Below, piece by piece: positions 63,853 through 64,000 of a stretch of DNA of 64,000 nt. Numbering within the stretch: the stretch's first letter is position 1; each line of letters starts with the position of its first letter. The DNA comes from Candidatus Falkowbacteria bacterium RIFOXYD12_FULL_34_57. Lineage in GTDB: Bacteria > Patescibacteriota > Patescibacteriia > Patescibacteriales > UBA12075. The stretch covers positions 138,200-202,199 of the forward strand of contig MFGN01000005.1 in the NCBI GenBank assembly GCA_001780285.1, written 5' to 3'. The notes beneath the pieces were generated by a model. The model ran no database searches and was not told the DNA's origin. It saw nothing but the letters and a program-made list of their open reading frames with translations. The position numbers and the translations under genes are program-made.

Positions 63853-64000
63853 ATGACATTAACACCTGAACAATTCAATAAGATAGCAATGAAGGAAGAT
63901 TTGGAAAAATTAAGAGAAGAAATGATGACTAAAAGCGAAAAAAATGAGATATTATCCAGTATTGATGGTTTAACTAAATTAATAAAAGACGGACAAGATG
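63853..64000 (+). CDS. hypothetical protein, N-terminal fragment (runs off window)
   Basis: ATG 63853, MTLTPEQFNKIAMKEDLEKLREEMMTKSEKNEILSSIDGLTKLIKDGQD... is open to the window end. Similar helical style to the preceding ORF. Confidence 0.5.
   Translation, partial: MTLTPEQFNKIAMKEDLEKLREEMMTKSEKNEILSSIDGLTKLIKDGQD

Noticed and set aside
1-64000. Alternative genetic code (UGA recoding as in some candidate phyla)
   Set aside because: TGA terminates well-defined genes (rdgB at 6521-6523, the response regulator at 14787-14789), and long conserved ORFs need no read-through. Standard code 11 fits.
1-64000. tRNA, rRNA, tmRNA, RNase P or SRP RNA genes in the intergenic regions
   Set aside because: Scanning the intergenic stretches by eye found no T-loop (GGTTCGAATCC-like) or other hallmark motifs. 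A covariance-model scan would be needed to exclude small RNAs, especially in 58666-59554 and 53680-53830.

Overview
AT-rich, gene-dense bacterial window that uses the standard genetic code (TGA acts as a stop, e.g. 6521-6523 and 14787-14789). Gene content and style suggest a small-genome Patescibacteria/CPR-like organism; this is inference only. I support about 47 protein genes. Housekeeping genes include purA, rdgB, rpmB, leuS, rsmA, radA, recG, trxA, hup and mpg. rpmB and two other sub-60-aa ORFs are absent from the supplied track. Other modules are a TetR-controlled RND efflux operon with a consensus promoter and palindromic operator, a histidine kinase with a receiver-only regulator, an ECF sigma module, and an AOR-family oxidoreductase. 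I saw no tRNA, rRNA, CRISPR array, integrase or transposase. The standout is a roughly 21.5 kb co-oriented envelope locus (26041-47557). It joins a 2851-aa surface protein with about 130 cysteines to a translationally coupled Lnt-like membrane CN-hydrolase and to a relaxase-less Gram-positive-type T4SS-like core. That core has VirB6-like, PrgI/VirB3-like, two-ORF VirB4 and a possible VirB8-like gene, followed by a DsbA-like oxidoreductase. I propose it as a candidate cell-contact or attachment machine. Second: leuS encodes a 1197-aa LeuRS carrying two whole inserted enzyme-like domains, one ITPase/Ham1-fold and one YdeN/RBBP9-type serine hydrolase with an intact-looking triad. Third: a nucleotide operon led by an orphan HisG-like gene. 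Also present are a 1222-aa S-layer-like protein behind an 890-bp non-coding region, two dispersed palindromic repeat families, and phased ATGTTAAA octamer arrays at four start sites that predict leaderless leuS and radA mRNAs. All calls come from reading the sequence and translations by eye; no searches were run.
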